Shown here piece after piece: positions 36,906 through 50,329 of a stretch of DNA of 64,000 bases. Below the pieces are notes generated by a model. It saw only the letters and a program-made list of their open reading frames with translations, was not told where the DNA came from and did not search any database. The stretch is taken from NCBI RefSeq assembly GCF_006345805.1, contig NW_021832829.1, forward strand, positions 587,712-651,711. The letters run 5' to 3'. Both the position numbers and the translations under genes were made by a program. The DNA is from Octopus sinensis. Its lineage: Eukaryota. Position 1 is the first letter of the stretch. Each line of letters starts with the position of its first letter.

Positions 36906-38232
36906 TAGGAGAAGAGTTTTTAAAATTTTTGACGTTCCAAGATTTTGAATGTCAGGTGAAAACGTAAACGATCTGACAAATCTCTCATCTTTCTTTTTGA
37001 AAAAGAGAAGGCTTGGGAAAACTGTACTTTTCCTACAAAAACAGGACTTTCATTGCAACGCCGTACTGTAAACAAAGCGATGATTTTTACAAAAAATCGA
37101 CTACAAAGTCTTTGAGTGACTTGGTTGAAAAAGAATGCTATCTTCGGAATATAAGCTGATGCACGTGGGAGCAGTTTGCACCTTGCTGCGCAGCGAAATT
37201 TTTTTCTGCGCAGTAGAAAGTATAATATTAAAAATTGCTATTTTTTTTAATTTTTTATATGAATTTATATATTCTTATTTTCATTTCAAAACGAAAACGT
37301 GTCTATAATATTGATATGAGACTTAAGAAAAATTGTCCTTCTTTTAAGCCGGAATGGTTGATAGAGTACGTCGAAACCTTAACACCAGATTCAAAAATTC
37401 CCCAACATGTGCAACTGGGTGATATTTTTAGTTTTTCCGAAGACTGCGGAGTTGTTTGTAAATATTTGGATGGAAATGGAATTTACTGGAGTGACAGTGT
37501 GAAGATGTTGTTATCAACAACTGGTTATGGAGATACAAATACAGATGAAATCCTATGCTTTATCGAGCATGTTTATCTGCATTTACAAGAAAGATTTCCA
37601 GCTGACGAATTAAGAGAATGAGTAGCATTTGACACTCAAGCAATTCAAAATCAGACAAACTTTGAATTTGGAAAAGAAGAGATAATTAAATTAGCGAAAA
37701 AATATGAAAATTTACTCTCTTCAGAAGTCCCACTCATAAAACTGCAGTCGGAATATACAGATCTCAAGTTTATTTTAAAAGAAAAACTGCACTCTGGTGC
37801 GTTGAAAACATTTGAAGATGTAATTTACTATATACTAGTGAGAAAAAATTTTCAGCCACTGCAACATTTGTGGATATTTGTGGCACATTTCAAGCGTCGA
37901 GTGCTGATGCTGAACGTGGATTTAGTTTGATGAACTGTATCAAAACTAAACTACGTAATAGACTTGAGATTGACCATTTGGAGATGATCATGCGAATCAA
38001 GTTCTATTTAACAAGTGGGAATACAGTGGATCTTGATCGAGTATACAAATTTTGGATACAAAATAAAAACAGAAGAGAATATCCAATTGACTAGACCTAT
38101 TTTTTTAACCATTGGTTTTTTAATTGTAAAATTTTCCCCCTCCCAAAAATTTTTGGCACACGTCACTTTATAACGCTGCACAATGCAATGTGCCCAGCGC
38201 GCATAGCTACCACTCGCTTAGAGGGAACACTG
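36906..38232 (+). mobile_element. Second copy of the 12933 hAT family, left TIR lost, with a different internal deletion
   Basis: Near-identical to 12950-14251. Right TIR ...CTTAGAGGGAACACTG ends at 38232. It retains MRLKKNCPSFKPEWL.., which is absent from copy 1. Confidence 0.92.
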
Positions 38233-38270
38233 CTCATGAAGTTCAACCTCCACAATACCCACATAATAAT

Positions 38271-39942
38271 TGTCGTAAGTTATAATGTCTAGGCCCGTTC
38301 TAAGTGTCCGGAGTGATAAATCGGATTTATCACTCCAAATCATCTAAATTCTTGTTTAAGATCTGAAATTCTTAATGATTACTTTTGTTAATTCAATAAT
38401 TTTTTAAATTATTAAAATTTGAAAAAAGTAACTCAGTTAACAAGAACGCGGAAATTAAACAAAGAAATTTTCATCAATCAGGTGATTGAGCGTCATAGTA
38501 ACGAACATAAAAATGTAAGATTACTCTATGCGAATTTTTTTTCACAATTAACCTCAATTAATTCAATTCAAATCCTTTAGTTTTATAACTATTTGTTGAT
38601 TGCTAAAAAGACTATAAAATATAGATATTGACTAAATCGAAAACCGAAACTAAACATAAAAATAGATAATAAAATTTACAAACATTGTCCCAAACAGTCT
38701 CGTATAATATAAATTCAGTTTTCAACAGAGTCTGTATTTAACCGCTACATATGATTCTGTGCAAACTCTTCCGGTCCTTATTTATGTGACGAAAAGGGTT
38801 TAGACGAGATGACCTTCTTCCAGTATAGAAGCAACGTCTCCTATGTCGAATAAAACAAAGCAAAAGTTCACTTATATTATGAAACAATTTTTAAAAAACA
38901 TTACAAATTGATTGAATATAAAATGAAAATGTAATTTTTTAAAAGTTAATTTTTTTAATCATTGACTTTGGAATTGTCTTCCTTTCACCAGATGTGCAAT
39001 TCTCAACGAGAACGGAATGCAGAGAAACTTCTTCCACTACTAGAAATTGTTCCTTGCTAAAAAAACTAGTGAGTGGATATTTTCTTGTTTTTATATTTTT
39101 ATCGAAATCAATTTTAATTGTAACATTATCTCCAATTGTGATATCTTTTTTTCGAAAATTTTTATTTGCGTCTTCTGTAACTTTTCTTTTATACTTTTAA
39201 TTATGAGTTTTTACTTCTAAGGATAATTCCGTTTCTTCCGATTCTGAGTTAATCTCTTCTTCTTCGCCTCCACATGGCAAAATATTAAAACCCGTTATTC
39301 CGTAAAATAGACTGGGTAAATAAAAAGAGACTAACCAAAATGGTGACTTTCCAGTTCCGCGATGACAAGTTATGTTGTATTTATACACCACCTTCTGTAG
39401 AATTTCTCTCCACCTTATATATTCTGTTGCGAACAAAGTCTTCCCCCACCAACGTTTGAGAGTTTGGTTATATCTTTCTATTTGTCCTTGAGATTGTGGG
39501 TGCCTTGGTCTTCCATATATCGGAGTTATTTTCCAATCATCAAAAAGTTTTGAAACTTCTTTGTTGCGGAATTCCTTTCCATTGTCCGAATGAAAATAAA
39601 TTGGAGGACCGACAGTCTGGAATAAACTCTCAATTGCATTATAGATGCTTTGTGATGTTTTATTTTCTAACGCGAACTTTAAAATATAGACATTTTATCC
39701 CCAATTCGACCCATTTCCTATCTAATTCAACAAAAATAAAATTTCAATTTTTTTGCCTACCAGAAAAACATGCGGGTACATTTTACCAATAATTTCATCC
39801 GTATCCCCGTATAGGACGTTATTTAACCAAAATTAGGCGACACAAATAAAATTTATTCCCAAAATCATAATGATTTGGAGTGATAAATCCGATTTATCAC
39901 TCCGGACACTTAGAACTGGCCCGGACGCTATAACTTACGACA
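38271..39942 (-). mobile_element. Ginger/TDD-like integrase DNA transposon (internally deleted)
   Basis: TGT...ACA termini, about 75-bp TIRs containing the palindrome GGAGTGATAAATCGGATTTATCACTCC, and 5-bp TSD ATAAT. rve core: GPPIYFHSDNGKEF..GRPRHPQSQGQIERYNQTLK. 24-nt intron at 39312-39335. Confidence 0.9.
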
Positions 39943-40138
39943 ATAATTAAGCAATCAAATGAGAGAATCATTCAATGCATAAAATAAATTTATAGCATTT
40001 AGACAATCTTTACATAACATTGCTGCCCGCTCCCACATTCTCTCTATTATTTAGATCTTGGTTTCAGGAAGTATGAGCAATTTGCAGTTTTTTGTGACCC
40101 GAGGTATTTATAAGTTGTGCGGTCGGTCTTCCCACATA

Positions 40139-41005
40139 CAGTACCGCTCAAATGTTTCGGACCACCCTATTTTTCTCAATTTCCAAGTCAATCCTAAATT
40201 ATTTTTATACGGTTCTTTAGAGAAACTTATTAGATAAGCTTAAATACATTTATTCTATTCTAAAATTTTCTTTAAATATTTTTGTTTGGCGCCAATTGAA
40301 TATAATTGATTTTTGACTCGATCATATGTTCCGGACCAGTTGCAATCATATGTTTCGAACCAGTTAAATCTCTTTAAATTTAAATAATTTTTGATTCAAT
40401 TAAAAACAAAAGACTAATAAATAACAAATGCCGCGTGTTTCACTGGTTGATCGGGTCGCTATCATCACTTTTTTTAAAGATGGAGCTTCACAAAGAGAAA
40501 TTGCCGAAAAATTAAAAATATCCAAAACTGCTGTTCAAAGAACAATTTCCAGATATTCATCCGTTGGACTATATTCCGACAGACCCAAATCTGGTCGACC
40601 GAGATTGTTATCCCCAAGATCTGAACGCAAATTAGTGAGAATTTCGAAAGCAGACCCCACAAAAACGGCAAATCAAATTAAATTTGATATGAAATTAAAT
40701 TCTATTGTAAGCACAAATACAATTAAAAGATGCCTACAAAGAAATAATTTGAATGGACGAAAGCAATGCCCAAAACCAAGTCTTTCCATATGCCATAAAA
40801 AGGCTAGAAAAAATTGGTGCATTGAGAAATTAACTTGGAGCCAAAATGATTGGGGTAAAATTATTTTTAGTGATGAATGCAAAATAAATTTGCATTCAAA
40901 CACAAAAAATTATGTTAGAAGGCCACCAAACTCTAGATTTGACTCAAAATATTGTTTAAAAACACGAAAATTTTCTCCTAGCATTATGGTCTGGGTACTG
41001 TAATC
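40139..41005 (+). mobile_element. Tc1 transposon, 3'-truncated
   Basis: TA|CAGTACCGCTC start with internal TGTT(T/C)CGGACCA direct repeats. ORF 40428-41003 has a paired HTH, GRPR, IIFSDECK and SIMVW. Confidence 0.9.
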
Positions 41006-41569
41006 CTCCATCTGACTATCATCTCGAAATTTGGCTGTATTGGATTTAAAGTATTCATTTATGACATGACTCCACAGTGTTAAGCAATTTATCGTCAAAA
41101 ATTATCCAACAGTTTTCATTTAAATTCTGTTTCATTTAAATTTTTATTGGACCATTAAATATTGAGTAAGTTCGGAGCTGTCGCTTATTGAATGAGTTCT
41201 TCTTTGCTTGTGTCCCCGGTATTGTATAGGAGAATAGGAAAAATAAACGTTTCAAATGTTCTTAGACGCAGTTTTATTCAAATGTCTTTTTTATCCATTT
41301 GACCAGGACATCAATTCCTGTTGGGACCACTTAGTCGCCGTTGGGGAAAACGCGGAAATGTATTGGGAGAATATGATACGTTATTTCGACAATTATGAAA
41401 ATGTGGAGGTTAGGAAAGTATTGGGAAAGAGGGTAGAGTTGTGTCAGAAAAATGCACATATTGAGAAGCAGAATTGTGAATTACAAGGATTTGTCAAAAA
41501 ATATTTCAATTCGGATAGTAAAAAATTATTGGATATTTTTTCCAGAATGACAATTTCTAATGTTTATCC

Positions 41570-41720
41570 TACTAAATTCCTTCGAAACCTCAGAAATCAT
41601 CAGCAAGACCGTGACTTAACTCCTCACGTGGGAAATTTCCTAAAAAACAAACGACCGGAAAAGACGAGCTGACTCTTTCAACAAATTTTGGTCGCGGTGC
41701 TCTGCGGAAACTATTATTAA
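41570..41720 (+). mobile_element. CRE-like 3' remnant
   Basis: KTS*LFQQILVAVLCGN resembles RTWLLQRISIAILCGN. Confidence 0.55.
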
Positions 41721-41770
41721 AAACGCAGTTTGGCGTTGTTAAGCTGACCCTCCTACTAAATTGTCTATTA

Positions 41771-42767
41771 TTGCGGTTATAACTAATGAAAGTTCCCTAC
41801 TTCTATTTTCAATAAGATATTTCAAAATAAAAATATATTAATAAGCTTACATTTGATGACAATAAATAAATAAACAATACGTGTGTATATTTAACATGCA
41901 TTGTGGTATGCTCTAGTGTCTTTACATGCCTCATTATAAATAATCATAATATGATTGCCCTACTTGAATAATCATAATATTTTGGATTTTAAACACAATT
42001 CCAAAATTATTAAAGACAGCGAAAGTTATGTGTCCTGTCTATACCTGATGTATACTCATATTACGGTAAATCGTGAAAATCAAAATAATTGTGTTAATAA
42101 TGTTGAAAATACATTAATGTTGGGAATTTAACCGTCGAATAGAAATATTAGTTCACAACTTATGTAACCCGGTTAAAATACAACCGCAAAAATACTCCAA
42201 CAGCAGATTTGTACGGTTTGTTATCAAAAAAATATGTTTATCATATTGAAAATACATCAATGTTGGGTCATTTAATGAGCTAATAAAATGTTCACTCATA
42301 ACTTTGTACCACTTGTAATCAAGTTAGTCTTTTTAAAATTTTAATTTCTAACGTAAGGTTTTAAAAAGAATACAATCGCACATGTTTACTATAAAATGTT
42401 CACTCATAACTTTGTACCACTTGTAACCAAGTTATAGTCTTTTTAAAATGTAAAATTCTAACGTAAGGTTTTAAAAAGAATACAATCTCACATGTTTACT
42501 ATGTTCATTATACTCACACCTATTCACGACACAATTCTTCAAGTCGGCAACGTCGTCATTTCTTTCTGTCTATTTCAGTTGGTATTTATGCATATGCTAA
42601 TAATCTCCAAGTTTTCTCACTCGCCTCACACTAAGCTCATTCCACCAGGAGTGTCGACGAGACCATGGCCAACTTAAGTGATGCATTTTGAATTCTGCTG
42701 TTTAAATTGACTCATGACCACGAAGTACGCATTTTCTCATAAAGCCCACATTTCATGCTACCCTAGA
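41771..42767. repeat. Unclassified interspersed repeat, copy 1 (two internal 108-110 bp units at 42283-42500)
   Basis: Colinear with 57577-59026 from TTGCGGTTATAACTAATGAA to CCCTAGA. No TIR or TSD was found. Confidence 0.9.
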
Positions 42768-43148
42768 AAATATTAACCACAAAATTTCACCAAGATTGGG
42801 AATTTTTTTTAATAAAGACCCTTAGGTCCATAATAATATCTGAATGCCCACTTAGACAATACTACAGGTATCCGTGCATACCGAAAGCATTCGAAAGCCT
42901 TTCAAAAATGGAGACGATCTCAACATGTTACGCTACGCGGTTTGTAATATGTCACATGCCCTGTTCGTTACCATGCCCCGCTCGTTACCATTGCTCTAAT
43001 TTTTAAAATTTCAATTAAAATATTTAAATGATTGAAATATATTTACTTATTAATTTAAAAATTAATAATATTATGGATTTTTATTTTTTCAATGCTTAAC
43101 CATTATCATTAAAAAACAATAAATTAAGCATGCTGTTTTATCTCATGG

Positions 43149-43230
43149 TTATGGTTAGGGTATAGGTTAGGGTTAGGGTATAGGTTAGGGTTAGGGTGAA
43201 GGTTAGGGTTTGGGTGAAGGTTAGGGAATT
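43149..43230. repeat. Telomere-like GGTTAG/GGGTTA tract
   Basis: ggttagggtataggttagggttagggtataggttagggttagggtgaaggttaggg. Confidence 0.85.
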
Positions 43231-43326
43231 GGTTGGGTTTAGGGTTTGAAAAAATTTAAAGTAGAATTTTCGAATGGAGATACAAAGATTGTTCACATGA
43301 AAAGAATCAAAAAAGGACAAATTTAA

Positions 43327-44876
43327 TGTCCGGCCGTAAGATGGACGGCGCCGTTGAGTGGACACTAAGCAATATTTTTAATTAAAAATATTTTTACAAT
43401 AATAATCTCCATTAAAAAATCAAAATTATTAAATAATTTATTCAATATTCCTAATTTTTGTTTAAATAAGAATCGCGTGAGAATGGTTTTGTTGTATCTA
43501 TTGCAATCCTTTGTTGAAAAATTAATTAATTATATTGAAACTGGCTTGATAGAAGATGAAAACCGAGGAAAGAACGTTTTAAAATACGTTCTTTCTCAAA
43601 AAATTTTATTTATGAGCAATCTGTGCTTTTCATTCTGAAAAATGGTAAAAAACTAAGATTCTTCACTATCGAACAAAATGAATTTAAGATGAAAACGATT
43701 GAGGTAAATATAAAATCAAATTTTGTAGGCTGAACACAATTTAAACCATTTTGGTCGTGATAGGCTTTATTCCAAACTCTGTGAAGAAATTTATCCGATT
43801 ACGAGAAAAGAGGTCCCTACTGTTGTAAGCCGGTGTGAAGTTTGCCAGGTTTAAATTTATGAGCAATATAGGCGATGCGTTGATGGCCACTAAACCAACT
43901 ATTACTCCTATTATAGCTTATGAACCACGAGATCGTTATCTCATAGATCTATGTAATGTAGTAGAAAATTAGAAAAAGCAGGAGCGAAAATGTCTAACAA
44001 AAGGAAATGGAAATTCGACGAAGAGGATATAAATGTCGGAGATTCTGTTATTATCCGACATGATAGAGACGCAAATGTGAATAATAGGAAATATCCTCTT
44101 CACGATGAAAATCTTCAGAGAAATTTTATATCGTCGACAAAAAAAAAATTTATGTGTGTTAAAAGATGAAAATGGAACAGAAATTGAATCCATTCACATT
44201 AGTAGACTCAAACAATTAGTTTAAATTTTTGGTTAATAAAATTTTAAAAATTGTATAAAAAGTTTTTCAACTTAAAAAAAGAAGCAACACACCGCGGCCG
44301 AAGGCCGCATGGGGAATAGTTGGATTCCAAAAAAATCCGGCCGTAGGCCAATTGGTTTAGGTGGACTTTAAAAACTACACACCGCGGCGAAGGCCGCATA
44401 GGGGAATAGTTGGATTCCAAAAAAATCCGGCCGTAGGCCAATTGGTTTAGGTTGGACTTACTACCTGAAAGCCTAAGCTGGATAAGAAGTAATACGTGTG
44501 CAGCAATTAAGGTTTGGTTAGGTTCCCTTTAGAAATCTGTACTGGTCATCTCTAAAATTGCTGTTAGGATACCAACGTCTATTTTATTTAATAAATTTTA
44601 CAAATAAATTCGATTTTATAACTATTAAAAAGTATTATTTAAAATGGTAAACCTCGAAATATAATAAACATTATGATTTTTAATTCAATAATCGTAGAAA
44701 AAACGGTGTCGTTGGTTATGTTAGCTCTCTTATTTTTCAAAAAGTCACCAAATTCATCGAAAATAGGCTTAAAATGGGACTTGGAAAAAATTAGGTATGT
44801 TTTATATGAGCAAAATTGAAATAAATGAGATTTTGAAAGTGTCCAACGAACGGCGCCGCAGTCTACGGCGGTGACA
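43327..44876 (+). mobile_element. Ginger-like integrase DNA transposon (internally deleted)
   Basis: TGTC...GACA termini, imperfect TIRs of about 40 bp, and 5-bp TSD TTTAA. HHCC domain: EHNLNHFGRDRLY..RCEVCQ, with introns at 43704-43728 and 43849-43871. C-terminus: VGDSVIIRHDRDANVNNRKYPL..HISRLKQL. Two tandem units of about 90 bp at 44287-44460. Confidence 0.88.
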
Positions 44877-45289
44877 TTTAATTTTTCGTTTTAAACTTCA
44901 GAATATATATGATTTTAAACTAAAAAACTGGATAAAGTTTGAGTTTTTTAAAGAGATCTACAGATGATTTTAAACTTTATCTTTTTACATTCAAAAAATG
45001 TTTTAAATAAAACTAAAAACTGGTTAGAGTTAATTATAAAACTATCAAATTATGTGCCTTTAAAGCGTTTCACACAATTCACATTTTTAAAATATGTTTT
45101 AATGTGCTTATCAGTCAAAATGGTTTGTTGTATAAAAATATTATTTAATTATTTGTTTTAAGCATCTTTTAGTATATCATTAAATTGTACTCTAATTAAC
45201 CTAATATATAGGTTGAATTTTATGTCGTTGTGATGATTATTAATTTTTCTAAAAAATTGAAAAATCATTAATCAATTATTTCTCAGAAA

Positions 45290-46620
45290 TAATTCGGAGG
45301 TAACGAGTGGGGCATAGTAATCCCTGAGGCATGTGACATAATATAACAAATTGAAGAATGTTATCCTATTGTCCTTGTTCAGTTTCTGTTTTTTTCTTTC
45401 TTCCTCAGACTCTAACAATTTAATTTTCGCTATCTCCAAGTAGGGAGCCGAGTTTGTTGGTGTTCCTCCATGTTTCGCCAATTCTGGTGTCCATTCGTTT
45501 TATCTCCGTCAATTCACTTTTGGAAGTGTAATTATCAGAAACCATTTGTTAAGCACCCGTGGGGAATTGTTTAGTACATGGATTAGATCATCTATGTTGT
45601 CCGAGACAAAGTCCACATCGTCGGCATATACAATTTCGGTGATAGAATCATTATAGAAAGTTCTCAAATCTCTCAAGGCGGCTTCCAGATAGATTACAAA
45701 TAGGAGAGAGTCTTTCTGAGGCGTTCCGACATTCGTTTTGAACCGCTTGGAGGAGACTGACCCAATACGAACAGAAAGTTCTGTCTTAGCAAGTAGTAAC
45801 CGTATCATTCTCACTTCATCCACCTCTAGGAAGCTTTCCAGAATTTCGATAAGTAGGTCACGACGGACAAAGTCAAAAGCCTTTGAAATATCGATACCAA
45901 GGATAGCCGTAGCTTTTTTAAATTTCTGCTGGACAGCGCAGCGCCATCTGTGACTCCAGACTATATCAGCTTTGGATCTTCCAGCCCTGAATCCGCTGTG
46001 ACTGGGGGAGAGATATTCATTAACAGTTCGGGTTATGCGGCCGAGTGTAATGAGTGAGAAAAGTTTTCTCAGAGTGTTTAGTAGTATTATGGGACGGAGA
46101 TTTTCCACCAGTCCGGAGGTTTTGTTGGCCTTTTGTATCGGAATGAGTGTGCCTGAGCTCAGTGGGAGCAGGTCATTGGTTGCGAACATCTCATTGAACG
46201 AGGTCGTCAGTTTTTCCATGAGTGGTTTTGGACCATACTTGATCAGTTCTGCATTGATATTATCAGGTCCAGCTGCCCGACAATTCTTAAGCTTCTTGGC
46301 AGCTTGGATGACCTCCTCAACTGCGATTGGCTTATTGAGAAGTGCTGATGTGCATGTAAAGGGATCAATATCGTCAGTGTTCAGGTTAAATTGATGTTCG
46401 AAGTGATCAGCAATTATTTCGCCTTGCTCAGCAGGTTTGTAGATGGTTTTTCCCATGCCATCGATAATTTTGAGTTGGGTGGGTTTTTTTCTTTTGAGAA
46501 GACGCATGGCTTGAAACATTTGTGCGCCGTCCTTGAGCCCTTCGATTTTGTTTAGAAAGGTTTCCAGAGTGTCTAGAGTGTTTAGCCTTATATAATAATT
46601 AAAAATAGATTTGAACAATC
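45290..46620 (-). mobile_element. RTE-like non-LTR retrotransposon RT (truncated)
   Basis: ORF 45509-46618: AAGPDNINAELIKYG, NLRPIILLNTLRKLFS, SGFRAGRS, GIDISKAFDFV, VGTPQ, IVYADDVDFV. Confidence 0.85.
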
Positions 46621-47457
46621 TTTGATGTTTATACTAGGTTAGTATGTTGTTAAACAATATATTCTGATTTCCATTTGTCAGACCACTTTTTCATAAATTC
46701 TCAAAAAAAGTATTCAACAACTTTTTGATCTATATAGACCTTTCAAAATTTTCCAATCAGATAATGATTCAGAATTCAAGAATGTGTTTCTAAGAAATCT
46801 ATGCGATTTTGAAAATTCAGAGATACATTATTCTTCAAAGTTAATCAATGATAAAATGATTTTTTCAAAGTTAAATTAAGATTTTTTAAATAAAATGTAA
46901 TCGGCCGTCCATTATGGATTCGAAAATTATCTACTTTAATTTTAATGTTTTTGATCTCCTACAACAGAGAAATAAAAAAATTTTGACGACATCAAATAGC
47001 TTTTTTTGCCTACCCCTTTCTATTAAAAGCAGTCGTTTCTAGAGGTGTTCAAGGGCATTATTTGTAATTTTCCCTGAAATAATTTAAGATTTTTTAAAAA
47101 AAATGATAAGAAGATGATTTCTATATTTGAGAAGTTTCTTTGTTTTAATTTTTGTTTATTCGCGTTAATTTTCTATTTGTTAGTGTCGATAGGCACGCAA
47201 AATGCTCCTTTGACATTTGCAAAGTAGTTTTTCATCTAATATTAAATAAAGTTCTGAGTAAAATCTGCCAAACAGAGAAAATTTTTTAATTCTATGATAC
47301 ATAGAGTTACTAAACTTGATAATCGTTAATGACTTTAAATGTTTAAAAAATTAATTCAACAATTCTTTTAATCCCATAATCCTATAATGCTATTTATTCT
47401 TTATGTTTTCATTTTTAGACAGGTGTTCTTTTTAAAAACCTGAATGATAATATACTT

Positions 47458-48662
47458 TGTCACCGTCCAGACCGGCCGGGGCGCCAGATGGGTCAGGTCA
47501 ATTATCTAAATACAAAACAAATATTTTTTCTACAAAACATTTCATTGCAAAAAAATATTGATAATAAAAGAATAAAATCTTATTAATAAAAAAGTTCTAA
47601 AAAGTTGAAAAGATTAGCATTAATCAATGGTTTTAGTTGAATTAACTCGAGACAACCTCGAAAAATTAGGGAGTATTTGGAATCAGGCCACCTTGATGAT
47701 TCCTTGAGTTCGGAAGAAAGGGCACGAATACGGAGATATGCCAAAAAAATTAGTTTCGAGGAGAACAACACCTACATTTCTAAAAATGGCTCAAAGTTGC
47801 GTTTTTTTTGTATCGAAGACACTGAACTTAAGTTAAAATTCATTGAAGTAGTGTATTTGTTTATTTTGGAGAAACCAAATAAAAAACTAACAAATTCTGA
47901 GGTCGTGAAAAAAGGAAAAAAGCCCTTGAAAATATTGTAAAATCGGGAGAAAAAATGAAAAGGCGGAGAAAATGGAAATATGATGAAGTTGAAAGTGGTG
48001 ATGAAATTTTAATACTCCATGATGGGGATGCAAATCCGGGTTATAAAAAATACCCATTATACAACGAGATATCTGCACAAAAATATATTGTGTGAAAATA
48101 GGGATCGAGAACTCGTAACGATAATTAATTAAGAGAATGAAAAAGATCAAAGGATACATATTAGCAGAGTAAAAAAACTTAACTGCAAATATTCATGGGG
48201 TTCGTTCTGTGTTTTTTCTCGTGGCATATTTACTTAATTGTGAAATAATTGTGCCATTGTTACAAATTCGACGCGGCCGAAGGCCGCATAGGGAAAAATA
48301 TACACATTGAATCATCCGGCCATAGGCCGGATTGTATTTTAGAGTTTTAATGATAAAAATAGAAATTTACAACATTTTTAAAAATTAAAAATGGATTTTT
48401 CTAATAAACTTTATTGTTGAGAATTGTTTGGCTAACCTTGGTTAAAGCGTTTTTAAATAAAATGAAAAATCAATACGGTAATTATCTGGAAATGACTGGA
48501 TGTTGGTTTTTTATTAACTCAGTAACTTCAATATTTTGGCAAAAATAATATTAAAATCAACAAAAGAATGAACAGAAAAAGAAAATAACTTCCGAAAGGT
48601 AGTTTTTATTAAAAATTTTATACATAACCGATATGGCGCCCCGACCTATCTGGACGGTGACA
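47458..48662 (+). mobile_element. Non-autonomous Ginger-like element
   Basis: TIRs TGTCACCGTCCAGA..GGGGCGCCA / TGGCGCCCC..TCTGGACGGTGACA and 5-bp TSD TACTT. Retains the integrase N-terminus (KLRFFCIEDTELKLKFIE) and C-terminus (GDEILILHDGDANPGYKKYPL..HISRVKKL). Confidence 0.88.
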
Positions 48663-50329
48663 TACTTTTGTGTTATGTATTAATTTTAATTTATTATTCT
48701 GCTCCCATTTTCTATCGATCCATATTTTTAACCAGACATATTTTTAATGAGCACGACAAAGATTTTTAATCGATGTAAAAGCATTCTAAATGCGAATTTC
48801 TAAAAAGACTTTAACAAAAAATAATGCGTGTCGTTTCAGCAAAAAAATGCTGTTAAAGACAATTAATGGTGCACCTGATATCCAAGCTCAAAATCATTAA
48901 AGAGGGTAAACATCAACTCTAATAATCTGCCATTATAGATAAAAAAAATGCTAAAGGAGAAGTATAAACGGTCGAAAATTATCTACTTTGGTTTTTATGT
49001 TTTTGGTCTCCAGGGTGGTTTTTAATTCGATCACGGTTATCGACTCTTATTTCTAAAGTATAGAAGTTAAATTCTTATAGTCTTTTTAAACTAATTTTAA
49101 AATAAAACGTAAAACTTTGGCTAAATGAAACAAAACAAAAATTAAAGAAACCAAAAGAGATAGTTAGATGGTTAAAAGGGTTTAGTTAAATGGGAAAAGT
49201 AACCCCATGTCATCACCTTAAAAAAAGGCCTGCACTTTAATTTACATTCATTGTTATTAAGTTCACATGCTTTCCTCAAGTAATCAAATTGCTCACAGTA
49301 GACTGTCGGCAAATCGATAGCCAGGCCGCCTTTAATCACTTCAATTTTTTTAAATCCCAATTCTGTTATTTTCGAATATAAATTTCCGGATATAATAACT
49401 GAATCGGGTCCGAACCTAAAATATCTTAGTCAATGCAAATACAGTCTTTCTCCGCCAATATACTCCAAATTTTTAAGAAAGTTAAGATTTTTTAATTTAG
49501 CAGGAACGGAGATCATGACAAATCCTGTCAACGCCTGAACCGAACTTAGATATTAAAGTTTTCAATTTGAATTTCTCTAATTATAGAGATTTGCAATCAA
49601 GTACTCGTGTGGCATTATGAAAATGCTTCCGATTACGACAGAACAATGTTCAAATTGATTGATGTTCAAATTGGTGATCAAAATGACTTCTTCCACGATT
49701 TCACAAACTATTTTTGTGAAGAAAAACATTTCTAAACTATAAGAGTTGTTGAAAAGGTTCATTTTTATTTCGCGTCCACCGATTAATACTTCACGTTCTC
49801 CACACTCCAACTCATTTTCGCAATCGTGAATTATTTGTGCTATGAAAATTTTTGTGATCAAAAAACTTTTAACAAGTTTAGCGTCACACGGATATTTTAA
49901 GAAGGAAATTCGCTCTTTGCCCGAATCCAACGTGATTTTTTTTGTCTTTTTGCATTCTATGTAAATAATGAGCCAATTCCACCTTGTGAATTCACAATAA
50001 AAACCAGGGAGCTTACAATCGCTAGATAACAAAGCATTTTAACGAACGGGAAACCAATCTCTTTTATATTAATCAGGTACGTAAGTTTTAGACACAATCA
50101 ATAATTAAAAATGATTGAAATAAACACGTATTATCATTTCAAACATCGCTTGATAATTAATCTATTATTCCGAACATTGCAAGCTAATTAGTCTAAATAA
50201 TATTAATCAATTAATTACTAAAAATAAAATAGTTGTAATTTACTAGAAGTTAACCAGCCATCCATCCGAAGTGAACTCCGCCAACATTATTGACGTTGCG
50301 TTGCCTCTTGCAATAGGAAGGGAGATCAA

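Noticed and set aside
29186-43230. True telomere or chromosome-fusion site
   Set aside because: The tracts are short, degenerate and embedded in TE-like DNA, with no head-to-head arrangement.
49160-50040. Possible leucine-rich-repeat or transposase remnant
   Set aside because: Only weak LxxLxxFNL-like and VMTWG-like words were found, on opposite strands, and they are not mutually consistent.
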